DNA of 32,000 nt from positions 720,001 to 752,000 of the forward strand of contig JAUIDC010000001.1 of the NCBI GenBank assembly GCA_030429145.1. The letters run 5' to 3'. Source of the DNA: Candidatus Saccharimonadota bacterium (GTDB taxonomy: Bacteria > Patescibacteriota > Gracilibacteria > Absconditabacterales > Absconditicoccaceae). The number at the start of each line of letters is the position of its first letter. Position 1 is the stretch's first letter. The notes under the pieces were generated by a model. That model searched no databases. It had not been told where the DNA came from and was given only the letters and a program-made list of their open reading frames with translations. Positions 10,690 through 22,709 of this stretch are shown here, one piece after another. Made by a program: the position numbers and the translations under genes.

Positions 10690-12856
10690 TCGCTTGGCAT
10701 TGTACGCGGCATTGTTTATTGTGTCACTATTCCTCATCTTCTTTGTTGGAACTCGTATAGACAAAGAAACATGAGAATCACATACTATCATTACATCAGA
10801 TGGTCTCATGCACTTCAAGAAAGGTCTGGATATTGCAGGCGGAGTGAGATTGACCTATAAGATCGATTTTGCGAAGTATGAGCAGGTATATACCAATGAA
10901 ACAGAGCTCCTACAAGCGAAGAAAACAGCTCAAGATATTATCCTAAAAAATATCGACTCAAGAATTTCAAAACTCGGTGTGAGTGATTATTCATCGTATA
11001 TCCAGAAGTTGACGGATGGTGACTATCTTATCGTAGAGATTGGTGGACTAGATGACATAGATGAGGCGAAGCGTATTATCGGAAAGACAGTAGAATTGGA
11101 GTTTAAGCTTGCAAATGATGCAAACGAGGGTTCTGCGGAACTGTATGCTGAAAGACAAAATATTGCTGAAAATCTTTTGCTCAATGTAAGTGCTAATCCT
11201 GAACAGTTTGAGGCGCTTGGTACTGGTAGAGCGTCAGAAGACATTTTCTATACAAACTATGTGGACACGCCTATTGAGCAGCTTCCAGATATCTACAGAA
11301 CAAATCCAACTTTGTTGAGTTCGCTACAAACAGGAGCGATTTATCCAACATTGCTTACGGATACCTATCATGTTATCCAGGCACAAGATGCAAGTGGAGC
11401 AGTGCAGACGCAGACATTGAAAGGCTTTACTATCGTGAAGTTCAATGGTGCGACATCAGTGAGACTTGATTCGTTAGAGCCTGCAAGAGTGCTTGCTGTT
11501 GCTGAAAGACGTGGATTGGATACTGAAATCGTGTGGCAAAAAGACATAGCTCCTTCTACAACAGGGCTGATTGCATATGATGGTGCTAGTACAGTGAAAT
11601 TTACAGGACCTGAGGCTCTTCCAGGTGTGTCAGGCTATAATATTGCTCTTTATCAGGTAGTAGATATTACCAATACTGCTACTATCGCAGATGCGGTGAG
11701 AGCAGGAGAGCCGCTTTCTGAAGAGCAGGCTGTACAGCTAGTAGATGGTTGGGCTGATGGTAGCGTGCTTGCTGCTCAGCTTATAGGATTTGATCCAACT
11801 CTAGAGGTGAATATCTACGACCAAGCAGAAGGAACATTTATCCTCAAAATAACTGATAGCAAAGATGCAAGTGAGACGCTTGTTCCTACTATCTCATTCG
11901 GTGGTATGAGTGCTCAGTCAGCAGATAGATTGATCTCGGCAATGCTCAACGCAGAGCTTTATAGTATAGAGGATATTCGCGTACAAGACACGCAGACATG
12001 GGTGCCTGCTATAGATCCAAAGAGTAACGATATCCTCAATGGTGCATTCTTCAAATTTGCAAATGTGACACAATCACAAACTGGGAAGCCGGTTGTTGCT
12101 ATCAATTTCGATGATAGAGGACAGGATATCTTCTGTAATGTGACGGAAGCAAATATCGGAAGACAGATGGCTATCTTTGTAGGAGGACAGTTGATGACAG
12201 CACCGACTATTCAAGATAAAATCTGTGGTGGAACAGCTCAGATTGATGGAACATTCGATGTAAAATCTGCAAAAGAACTGACAGAAAATCTCAACAGTGG
12301 AGCATTGCCTGCACCATTGATCCTTTCGCATGAAGAGAAAGTGTCGCCAACGCTCGGAGAGAGTGCACTTAAAGGTGCATTTATCGCCATCGCAATAGGT
12401 TTCGCAGTTATCTTCTTGTTGATGCTTTTGATGTATGGATGGAAGAAGGCAGTCATTGTTACTATAACGCTTATTTTCTTCCTCGCTTTCCTTATGGCTA
12501 TCTTTAAGCTGTTTGGTGTTGTCGCCTCGCTTTCAGCAATTGCAGCTGCAATCCTTACTGTAGGTATGGCGGTAGATGCGAACGTACTTATTTTTGAAAG
12601 ACTGAAGGAAGAACTCGCTCAGTGAAAATCTATGCGTACTGCTATAAGTGATGCATATGAAAGAAGTTGGTTCCCTATTAGAGATGGAAATATTAGTACT
12701 GGTCTTATTGGTTTCCTTCTCTTTACGATGGGAGTAAATGTATTTAAGGGGTTTGGTACGACTATCCTTATCAATATGGCATTGATTCTTCTGGTAAATG
12801 TGCCTTTGACAAAAGAGTTGCTTTATCTGTTCTATAGAGGAGAGAAAAGTAAGTAA
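10667..12856 (+). CDS. secD: protein translocase subunit SecD with an enlarged periplasmic domain
   Basis: N-terminal TM helix, then GLDIAGGVRLTYK. The C-terminal TM bundle carries VDANVLIFERLKEELAQ-[TGA]-KSMRTAISDAYERSWFPIRDGNISTGLIG. Two in-frame TGA codons. Confidence 0.85.
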
Positions 12857-12918
12857 TATGCTGCTGCCCTAGGGTGAACAGTCAATGAGAATGTTTATTT
12901 TGTATTATTGATCGTATT

Positions 12919-15900
12919 ATGAAAAGAACCATATTTCTCATACTAGCTATTCTTGTACTGGTTATCCTAGGATATCAGGTATTCGATGCATATTTACTCA
13001 ATCACCCATACTATTTCGGGTCAGCTACAGACGTTGGTATGCTAGGATCTGCTCAAAATCGAAAGGTGCTTATTCGAGCACTGTTAGCTGCATGTATCCC
13101 TGTGAGTTATCTGTTATTTATGAAAAAGAAAAGTTTGAAAGGATTGGCTATTAGCGCCTTTCTCGGTCTTTTTCTCTACTCGGTTGCAGAGGCTGTTATT
13201 AAACAGGATATCCTGTGACCAGGTTTCTTGTTGATGCTCTTTAAGTATGTGATCATTGTTGGTATTATCGTCTACTTCATCGTAGGATTGCTTGCGGTGG
13301 GAACTCGATTGAGAAAGAAAACATTTGGTAGTCACCACTGGAATATTGAACAGATTTTTTTGAATATAGGACTGGGACTTATTGTTTTCTGTCTCCTGAA
13401 CTATGCACTGATTATTCTCCATCTCTTCTATGGTATAGTCGTCGCAGTGATGTTTGTTGGGCTTGGCGTTGTTTGGTGGATGATGAGAAAAAGTATTACT
13501 GAGGCTGGCGAGTCTGTTGCTGGTATAGTGAATGAGATTAGTCGAACTAAGGCAGTGAGCTCTCCTACAGTTATGATGTTTGTGATCTTGGCTCTCTTCT
13601 CGTTTATGTATTTGTTCTATGGATTTGTCCTGTCTGATATCCCATATCCGACAGCTTGGGACGCCAATCATGCATATATGTACTTTCCAAAAATCTGGGC
13701 ACTCAATGCTGGATTCTACTGGGAGGAAAGCATCATGACTACTCCTACTATGTGGCTTGGATACATAGCATATTGGTTTAAGTTTATGTTCATCTTTGGC
13801 CAGAACACATGGATCAGTGCTGACAATCTTGCGGTGATTATGAACTTCCTTAGTGGTGTCTTTACACTCACATTTGGTTTGATCTTGGTGAAAGAAGTAT
13901 TGATTTTCATTCATGGGAAAGAGGAGCGTAAGACTCACTCTCTCTTCTTCGCTATTGGTTGGTTTCTGTTGATCCTTTGGCTAACAAGTGGTATGGGTGC
14001 GTTCTTGGTATTTGTCGATAATAAGACAGATCTTGGTGTGATGGCATTGACGATACTGGCATTGTACTCAGGCTTTTTCTTCCTCAATCAGCTGAGAGAT
14101 CATACGGAGGGAAAGAAACATTCACTTCACTATGTCATCTTATCGGGAGTGTTCTTTGCTGGAGCTATCTTAGCGAAACCGACAGCGACATTTGATGTTA
14201 TTAACTTTACCGTTATGATAGCTGCATTGTGGTTCGGTGCTATCCTCGCCTTTGGTGGATTCCTTTTGCTGCTCTGAGTGCTCGGAAAATCAGCTATCCT
14301 TACTGTACAAAAATTTCTCAATGATACGATGAGTAATCAGCTGCTTGCAGCATGAGGTATCGTCGGTGTTGCGGGCGTTGTCTATGCGTGGTTGAGAAAA
14401 AAATGGGCAAATCTACGTTATCTACTTGTGTGGGGTGTGGTTATTATTGCTACATTGGTTGTGGTTAAAGCGCCATACCTTGTGACAAAGCAACTCAAGG
14501 TTGACGATAACTTTGCACCAGTGAAGCTTATCAAGGATATCTTCCTTACGAGAAATGACACCGAGATCGTAGACAAGAAAAAAGATCGCATCCTTCTTGC
14601 AAGCACTTATGACTACCGCACTTTGCTTGCTGCCGATGCAGGAGCAGATCAAACAGATTCTTCTGAAATAACTCAGCCAAACGACGTGATTGCAGCATGT
14701 GAGGCACAAAATATTTCAAAGGAAGATCTTTACTCAAACCTCAAAACTCCTCCAGGAAGTGCATTAAACGAAGACGTAGGAAGATACATAGGATATGGTT
14801 GGAGAACGTTCGACCGTCCATGGCGAGGGTTCGCTTTCTCTGAAGGATGTCATGCATGGACAGCAGATGCAAAAATCCTTTGTCAAAATGAGGATGTTAT
14901 CCAAAACCCAACACTCTCAGGACTACAGTCTCTTTATGAAAAGCTTCCTGATAACACTAGAGGCAAAGAGATCTTAGGTAGTATCATGGATGAAAATACA
15001 ACAGCGATCCAGCTAGCAGCAGATATAAGAGAGCTAGAGGCTTACTACAAAGACAAGAGCTGGTATAAGGAAGATGGTAAAATTTCTTTGCCATTTACTG
15101 CTTTGGTACCATTTAATATTACATTCAACTGGTCTCTCCAAAACCTTACAAGTTACTATACTGATATAGGTGTTATCTGGCTTCTGTGTCTCTTCCTGAT
15201 CATCATAGGATTTATCTATAGCTTAGTGAAATGGAATAAGTCGTTGTTTGCTGTGACATTGGCTACGCTGACAGGGTGGACACTCTGGTGGGTAGCATGA
15301 GGTGCTATCCTCTGGTACTCACTTGGTGTCGTGATCTGGACAGTTATTGCAACTACGCTTGTACTCTATACACTGGGAAACGATACAAAGGGTGTGCAGA
15401 AAAATCTTTTCATGTTGCTTGCAGCCGTATTCGCCTTTATTGGTCTCTTCCAGCTTCTTCTCAATTTCATCAGAATTTCATCTCAAGGTGGCGGTGGTCC
15501 TTTTGTTTGGTATAGAGCGAATGTAGGAAATGTAACGACATTTGATAGTAATCTTGTACAGGAAACGAAGCAAAAGATTGGCTATAGTGATGAGGATGTC
15601 TTCCAGTTGCAGTTTGGTCATTATGATAAAACCATCTCTATTCTCGACGCAAGAGACGATAATGAAGGAGTTGTCATTGCTGGAACATACCTTCCATACT
15701 TCCTTACAAAACAAACAGGTATTTCTAACGACGGGTTTCTTGTAGACTTGTGGAAAAATCTCTCGGATAACGACCCATGTCGTACCTATCTGAGACTAAA
15801 AGACATGCAAGAGAAATATCTGGTGATCGATCCAAATATTGCCAGCGTTGTTATGGGAGATGCCAATAGATCACTTATGGACAGAATATTTGGTAAGCTG

Positions 15901-16443
15901 GATGAATCATGAGATAGTCTTATTGACTATGGTTCTATCACGATGATTGTACAGATGGTAGAGGAGGGCTATATGTCTCTTGCTGCTACTAACATCATCA
16001 GTGCAAAGTATGCATTTGAACTCAGCTCTGAGGAACTTCGTGCGGCATTCCCTGGCTTTTCAGAGGACGATGTTGTGCTGAGAGCAAAATTGACAACACT
16101 CAGATTTTGGCCAAAAGCCAACCAGATGTTCGCTCGTCTTCCTGCTATCTTTACGCAGAGGATGACCTCTATGGAAGCTATCGATGATATCGCTTCTATG
16201 ATGGGGAAGAATGTAGATACATCAAAGCTACAGTGACTAGCAAGATCATTCCTCAGTAAACAGAATATTACTCCTGATACCTTTGCAGAACTGACTCAGG
16301 ATGAGAAGAATGTACTTGTACAATACCTCAGCCTGTACAATTTGATGAAAACGAACAGCCAGCAATACCAGCAATATATGATGAATTTGCTACAACAAAG
16401 TGTGTTGTGAAGCAGTCAAGTTATGTTGTTTGAGCGTAAATAA
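12919..16443 (+). CDS. giant (1174 aa) polytopic membrane protein with large soluble domains; possible GT-C-fold glycosyltransferase
   Basis: Five track ORFs (12919, 13228, 14392, 15331, 15943) share one frame. All junctions were checked and contain only TGA (7 in total). TAA at 16441-16443. There are many TM helices, and a loop motif SDIPYPTAWDANHAYMYFPK. Confidence 0.7.
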
Positions 16444-16469
16444 TTATTTTTGTCTTTGTTGTTATCGAT

Positions 16470-17258
16470 ATGAAAACGATTTATCTTCTGGATTGGCTCA
16501 TCAGTAAACATGTGAAGGTGAAAAATGTGCCTGACCATATTAGTTTTGATGTCGGAGAAAAGGTTGTCTACTTGAATCCAGAAGATAACAAGCAATACAT
16601 CGGCCTCAATGTGTGATATGAGCTTGAGTGTGAAAAAGAGTGAAAGTTTGTGCAGTGCCTTGAATGACAGTTAAAAGAAAAGTTTGAAGAGTATCAAAAG
16701 AGAGCCCTTCAACACTATAAGGACTTTAAACAAAAATTTACTAAAGAGTTTGAGGGGGCGGTACCTATTACTGCAAGATCGGATCTACATGGTCGTATCA
16801 TCTACTTTTACTTCTATTCTGAGGATAGATATAACTTCTCTGAGTTTGTAAGATCTTTCAGGCAACAACTGCCATGTCAGTTCTTCATCTATCAGGTCGG
16901 AGCAAGAGATATGATGAGACTTTCTCCTCATGCAAAAGACTATCTGTCAGCGTGTGGCTGTGGTCCATTGGGATGTTGTAGTCTTGGTAAATTGCCGAGT
17001 GTTGAGATGGACAATATTGCTCTTCAAGGACTGGAATGAAGAGATGTAGAAAAACTTAAATGAAGGTGTGGAAAGTTAAAATGTAGCATCGTTTTTGAAA
17101 GATCACTTTATCTTGAAGAAACAAAAAAATTTCCTAAAAAGGGAGAAACCGTAACTATTCCAGAAGGGATAACCTGACAATGCATTGGACACAATATCAT
17201 GACAGGAGAGATTACGCTAAAAACAGAAAAATGAGAAATCCATAGAACTACTTTGTAA
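16470..17258 (+). CDS. PSP1 domain protein (RicT/YaaT-like)
   Basis: Motifs FYFYSEDRYNFSEFVRSFRQQL, ARDMMRLSPHAKDYLSACGCGPLGCC and GLE-[TGA]-RDVEKLK-[TGA]-RCGKLKCSI. Seven in-frame TGA codons. Confidence 0.8.
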
Positions 17259-17288
17259 GGTATTATTTAGCTTTTTCTGTCCACTACG

Positions 17289-18356
17289 ATGTTTCAATAT
17301 ATTTTACAATGACGATATGTGTTGACGATTGTGCTAGTTGCATCGATCGTATGATATATCGTATTCTATACTTTGGAACGAATATCCCATAAAAGAGCTC
17401 TCAAAAAAGAGCAGTCGAGAGATTCCCGTACTGAAGGAGAAGAGGATGATGAGGATACTTATCTGTATGAAGAATCTTCAAGCGTTTTGAGGATAGAGGA
17501 TGAAGATGGAAATGAGTTGATGGTCTTTGAAGAGGACTCATCAATTATTTCTGATGACGAAGATGATGATAGCAGTGACGATGACGAAGAGCTACTTTTC
17601 ATAGAAGAAGATGAGGACTCTGAAGATGATGGAGATGGTGAGGATGACGATGATGACGATGACAGTAGTGATGACGACGAGGTAATAGTTGCTCATCCCG
17701 AAGAAAATCTTGAAGCAGATGAAGACCAAGAAAAGCCAAAGAAGCATAAAGTAAAAAATATTGCAGAGTGAGTGAGTAGAGACGATATCTTACAGGATAA
17801 GCATGAAAAGAATCTCAAGAAGATTAAATATGAAGCTTTGTTGTTCAAACAGAGAAACGACATGGCTTGATTTGAAAAGAAATTAATAGAAGGACTGATC
17901 CTAGATCCAGACGATATAGACATATATAGACAGCTTGGTGATTTCTATTTTTCTGAAGGAAAGTATACGAAAGCTCTTAGTATGTTCAGAAAGATGCTCT
18001 CATTTGATGGAGATGATCATCATGCTCTCTGGCAGATTGGTGAAATATATATTGAGCAGTGACAGTTTGAAGACGCTCAGGTATTTATAGAAAAGGCTTT
18101 GAGCCTTTCTCCAGACAATCCGAAGTACTATATTAGTTTGATTGATATCTGTATAGCAAAAGAGGAGTTTCAGACCGCCTTAGGACATCTTGAAAAGATT
18201 GTTGCTTTGAGACCAAGAAACATCTCATACCTTATGGCTCTTGGCGAAATGTATGAAAAGCTTGGACGTAAAGACGATGCGAAAGAAACATATTCAAGAG
18301 TACTTGAGATTGACCCTCTGCACATAGATGTGAAACACATTTTAAAAAGATTCTAA
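17289..18356 (+). CDS. membrane-anchored polyacidic (D/E-rich) protein with C-terminal TPR repeats
   Basis: ATG 17289 is the first start after TAG 17268-17270. TGA codons at 17310 and 17352 hid this start from the ORF track. The N-terminal hydrophobic helix is YVLTIVLVASIV-G-YIVFY. A D/E tract follows, then TPR-like helices (ALSMFRKML..., AKETYSRVLEIDP). Confidence 0.65.
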
Positions 18357-18368
18357 TTGTATCCGTTC

Positions 18369-18494
18369 ATGAAAAGAAGAAGAACACTTGTTAAGATTAT
18401 CACATGGATTATCATCATATTTATGGTGCTTGCAGTATTATCACCATTTATCCAATATATTTTCCCCGATAGTGCCCAGGTAGGGACACAGTAG
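18369..18494 (+). CDS. 41-aa single-TM peptide (hypothetical)
   Basis: Sequence MKRRRTLVKIITWIIIIFMVLAVLSPFIQYIF... . It fits the intergenic gap exactly. There is no other support. Confidence 0.3.
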   Translation: MKRRRTLVKIITWIIIIFMVLAVLSPFIQYIFPDSAQVGTQ

Positions 18495-18527
18495 TTTCTT
18501 TATTTTTCATTATTCCCTTGGTAGAAA

Positions 18528-18965
18528 ATGAAGTGTCCAACGTGTTGAAATGTTGATACAAAGGTTGTAGACTCTAGAGTGGTAGAGTGAGGATATGCTA
18601 TTAGGCGTAGACGTGAGTGCGAATACTGTGAAGAAAGGTTTACTACCTTTGAGAGAAGGTGAAATACAGATCTCGTGGTGATTAAGAGAGATGGTACAAA
18701 GGAGCTATACGATAGGATGAAAATCAAGAAGGCTTTATTGCTTGCGTTTGCAAAGAGAGAGATGACAAACGAGGCTATGGAAGAGATGATTAATAGTCTA
18801 GAGATGAAGTGGACAAAAAGTGGTTCAGAGATAAACTCTCAGGATATTGGTAAAGACATAGTCCGACTGTTGAAAGAAAAGGATCCTGTGGCATACGTGA
18901 GATTTGCTTCGGTCTATCTGTCATTCAATACCTTGGATGACTTTAAGCACCTATTGAAAGAATAA
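18528..18965 (+). CDS. nrdR: transcriptional repressor NrdR
   Basis: MKCPTC-[TGA]-NVDTKVVDSRVVE-[TGA]-GYAIRRRRECEYCEERFTTFER gives the zinc ribbon, followed by an ATP-cone domain. Three in-frame TGA codons. Confidence 0.9.
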
Positions 18966-18967
18966 AC

Positions 18968-18996
18968 TAAAAACCTCCATAGTGGAGGTTTTTTTA
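18968..18996. terminator. bidirectional rho-independent terminator between convergent nrdR and the rsuA-like gene
   Basis: AAAAA-ACCTCC-atagt-GGAGGT-TTTTTT, with an A-run on one side and a T-run on the other. Confidence 0.7.
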
Positions 18997-19755
18997 TTTA
19001 TATGGTTGCATCATATATTTTCCTGGCTTAATTGTTCACAGTTGATACTTTCATACTTTGATTCTCTTGAGATCTTTCACTCTATAGCCCAATGCCTTGC
19101 ACAGACGTCTGATGTGGCGTTTCTTTCACTCGTTGAGCATCATCACAAGGAAGTGTTTTTGTCATAGTTTTTGGTAGCGAACTGAGACTACTTTGAGTAG
19201 CTCAGCTTCATCTGGATTTCATGTGCTCTTCCCATCTTTCTTTATGAGTTGCCCATCACCATCTACTAGTATGCCTTTCTTTGCTTTCTGTACATGTTGT
19301 GTTTTAAAAGGTTTATCTATTTCAATCTCATAGGTTTTATAAATATTGTTTTCTGGCTTCTCATAGAGATCGACAAGAGATGGCTCATTTGTTAAGAGTA
19401 AGAGCCCATGCGAATCTTTATCGAGTCTACCAATATAGTAAAAATCTTTTTGTCGACTTTTGGGAAGCAGTTCATATATGGTGCGATTGTGCTTGTCAGA
19501 CTTAGAAACTGTATAGCCTTTTGGTTTATTGAATAAGACAATCATAGTTTTCTTTCTTTTGATAGGAGAGAGTTCTTCAGAAAGTAGCGTCTTTCCTCTT
19601 TGTCTTATTTCTAGCGTATCGCCTGGTTGAGCTTCTGCATTGAAAGATTCTACTTGATTGTCATTGAGCCACACTGCTTGTTCTTTAATCATCTGCATGA
19701 ATTCTCTTCTACTTACTCCATGAGTTTGTTGCAGATAAGAAAATATTTTTATCAT
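18994..19755 (-). CDS. RsuA/RluB-family pseudouridine synthase with S4 domain
   Basis: Motifs YYIGRLDKDSHGLLLLTNE and NE-[TGA]-KKRHIRRLCKALGYRVKDLKRIKV. Five in-frame TGA codons. I checked 18997-19218 for TAA/TAG and found none. Confidence 0.85.
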
Positions 19756-19799
19756 TATTTCTCTGTAAAATATAAATGTCTATGTATGTCTATCTTTGT

Positions 19800-20663
19800 C
19801 TATTGTGTTCCTCCTCCTAATTTCTTGATGATGACTTTAGGGTAGGTGGTGAGATTTATCTCGTATTGCGTTGTTGTATCCAATCATTGGATAGTCTCAA
19901 GGTAGAGTAGTTGTTGCGCAATATCTCTTTTGTGATCAAATGTAATTTCGGTGTTGTCTGTACTAATGATGCTCTTTTGTGAACCAATCAAGAACAAGAT
20001 GTTGCTGGGCGAGATAACGTTGACTATTTGTAGGAGATCTTGATGGAGTTTCTCTGCGCCGATAAGGCTAATATATCCCGTCGCATATTGTTCTATTTTC
20101 TCTCATGAAAAATAGTCAGGTAGCGTCACTTCTATGGCTCCTGAAGCGATGCTGTCGGCCTCTCTTATGGGAGTGAGCATGTCATTGGTATATGCTACGC
20201 GGACTGTGTCATTGACGAAAACCAGGTCTGCTGTTTTAAATACTATATTTGCAAGGATACTACCTGGTCATACTTTCTCAAGAGAGAGATTCTCGATGAA
20301 CGGATAGCTTTTTGTGATGGCGTTTTTAGCATCTCCACCGTTGTGAAGTTTCAGAAGGATGATGTTTTCTCCATATAAATTTTCTCTTATAGTGTTGTAC
20401 ATATCTTTGTCATCATACATTTGGACGCTCTCATCAGTGAAGAGCACTTCTGAGATGATATTTTCTTGTTTGCCTATGGTGTAGGCAAAGATCAATTTGA
20501 TAATGGTTGTGATCAAAAGCACAATGATGCCTATAAGTATGATGGTTTTGTAGTTTACAAAAAATCTTTTTGTTTTCGACCAAAAGTGTGAGTTGCGTCT
20601 TTTTTTTGGTAAACGCTTTCTTGCTGGTGAAGAAATATATGCTGATCTTTTATGAGTGCTCAT
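19800..20663 (-). CDS. FtsQ/DivIB-like cell division protein (TM helix plus POTRA-like domain)
   Basis: Basic N-terminus, TM helix IILIGIIVLLITTIIKLIF, then a POTRA-like segment ISEVLFTDESVQ...PFIENLSLEKV-G-PGSILANIVF. Three in-frame TGA codons. The frame was checked to TAG at 19800-19802. Confidence 0.6.
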
Positions 20664-21139
20664 TATGCATTATTAAGTAATGAGTTGATAAGTGGCGTTA
20701 CATAATAGATGATCCGCGTGAGGGCGCTTCCTACAAATATACCACCTATCACCTCAACAAAAGTATGACCTAGTCTTTCTTTGAGGTCATTCAGTTTGTA
20801 GTCGATAAAAGAAAATGATTTTAATTCTTCTTTAATTTCATTGATGTATTGTGCGTGCTTTCCGGCCTCGTATCTTACGTTCATAGCGTCGTATCGAAAG
20901 AGTAATGAAAACGACAAAGCAATTGCAAAGTAAGGACTTTCAACTCCGTAAGTAAGTCAAAGGAGGGTTGTCAAACTACTGGAGATTCCACTATGTACAG
21001 ACGGAAATCATCCAGCTCTTCGTAGGTATTCTATCTTGATTCTTTTGCCGCCTTCCGCGAAAAAATCGACAATTATCTTGATAGATTGGATGATAACTGC
21101 GACAATAAGCGGAACAATAAAGAGGGGAAGGTTGATCAT
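20663..21139 (-). CDS. divergent PAP2 family membrane protein (DUF212/YuiD-like)
   Basis: RRAG-[TGA]-FPSVHSGISSSLTTLL-[TGA]-LTYGVESPYFAIALSFSLLFRYDAMNVRYEAGKHAQ matches the remembered GGMPSSHSA...YDA.GVRR.AG.QA pattern. Start ATG at 21137-21139 (MINLPLFIV). Confidence 0.7.
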
Positions 21140-21273
21140 GACACGCGTGTATGAAAAGTAATGAATCCTTAGTCATAGATATGGAATAGAGGAGGAAAAT
21201 CAAATCAAAATAGTTGTTGTAATTATTGCGTTTTTCGATATCTTGAAGACAATTTGTTTCATAATGGAAGATA

Positions 21274-22203
21274 ATGTTGAGAGTAGGAGCACATACGTCT
21301 ATAGCAGGAGGGATATATAATGCATTTGAGAGATCTCATGAGATAGGAGCAAACACCTTACAAATATTTTCAAAGTCCCCAAGAGGTCGGTCTATACCCA
21401 ATTATTCTGATGAGGACTATCAGAAAGCAAGAGAGTATAGGGAAAAGTATGGACAGATAGGAGGTCTGATTCACTCAAACTATCTTGCTAATTTGTCTAA
21501 ATCATTTGATGACTGCCAACCTGATATCAAAAGCGTCTTACACGACTTTGAGGTTGCTCATCATACAGGCTTTGAGGCTATCAATGTGCATGTAGGTAAA
21601 GGAAAAGGGTTTGATGATGTAAAGGATGCCTATATGAACATGGCAAAAAATACTGAGTATATTTTGGAGCAGAATAAGAAACACTGATACAAAGCACAGT
21701 TCCTCTTTGAAATTACTTCGGGGCAGTGAAGTGAACTTGGTTACTTAGTGGAAGATCTCGCAAAGTTTTACCAGTGATACTTGAAAGACTTGCCTGTCGC
21801 ATTTTGTTTTGATACGGCTCACGCTCGATGAGGAGGAAACGATCTCAATAAGTGGGACGAGTTGATAGAGCGTCGAGATGATGGGATTGGTATAGATAAG
21901 TTGCATGCTTTTCATCTCAATGATAGCAAGGCTGCTTTAGGATCTCGCTTAGATAGACATGCGCCTCTTGGTAGAGGAGCTATCTGATTGCCAGCTCTTT
22001 CTCAGGTTATTACATGGGCAGAGAAACATGACAGACCTATGTTTTTAGAGACAACAGATCCAAGTTTGTGGCCTAAGGAGATAGAGTATATTAGACATAT
22101 TGAAAATGGTAATACTGATTGGATAGATGCATTTCACGAAGAACATGCAGGAACACATTTGCTGAAAAAGTTTCAGTGATGAGATCAAGCCTCTCTTTTT
22201 TAG
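21274..22203 (+). CDS. nfo: endonuclease IV (AP endonuclease)
   Basis: Motifs [19 protein letters not shown]-[TGA]-[13 protein letters not shown]-[TGA]-GG and HAFHLNDSK...[14 protein letters not shown]. Seven in-frame TGA codons; TAG at 22201-22203. Confidence 0.85.
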
Positions 22204-22220
22204 TCTCTTGCACAGTGTAC

Positions 22221-22709
22221 ATGAAGAAGGAAAAGATTATATTGGCTGTTGATCCATGAGTGCGTAAACTCGGTTATGCATTGATCAAAGAAGATATGAG
22301 TATCGTCGATGCAGGTATTATTTTGCAAGACAAAAAGAAACCAACAAGAGAGGATCAGTTTCAAAGGATGAGACAAATCTATGAGTTTTTTGAGAAGATG
22401 TCGACACGTGTCGACATAGATCTTTTTGTGATAGAAAAACTTTTTTTCACTGATATGAATCAAGCTAATGCAGAGTTCGTGTATGGTGTGAGAGGTATGC
22501 TTATTGCACTCATGTTGATGAATGACATTCCTGTGAAAGAGTATACGCCGGTAGAGCTGAAAAAATATGTAACGTGAAATGGTAGGGCAGACAAAATCTT
22601 TGTACAAAAGATGATTATGAAAATCTATAAGCTCGATGAACTACCTGAGTACAATGATGCAGCAGATGCTCTTGCATTAGCCTATATCTGACTGAAAACA
22701 TCACTCTAG
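22221..22709 (+). CDS. ruvC: crossover junction endodeoxyribonuclease RuvC
   Basis: Motifs ILAVDP-[TGA]-VRKLGYALI, LFVIEKLFF, and NDAADALALAYI at the C-terminus. Three in-frame TGA codons. Confidence 0.85.

Noticed and set aside
13114-13938. 274-aa minus-strand ORF
   Set aside because: It is antisense to the giant membrane-protein gene, has low-complexity His/Ser/Cys-rich content, and has no start context. It is a shadow ORF.
17430-17700. GAT/GAA-rich tract as a microsatellite or CRISPR-like repeat
   Set aside because: There is no fixed repeat unit or spacer structure. It is in-frame codon-level low complexity encoding a D/E tract.
21140-21262. Longer start (ATG 21260-21262) for the DUF212 gene
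   Set aside because: It would add about 40 residues not expected for the family and would abut the divergent nfo promoter. MINLPLFIV at 21139 fits the family N-terminus.
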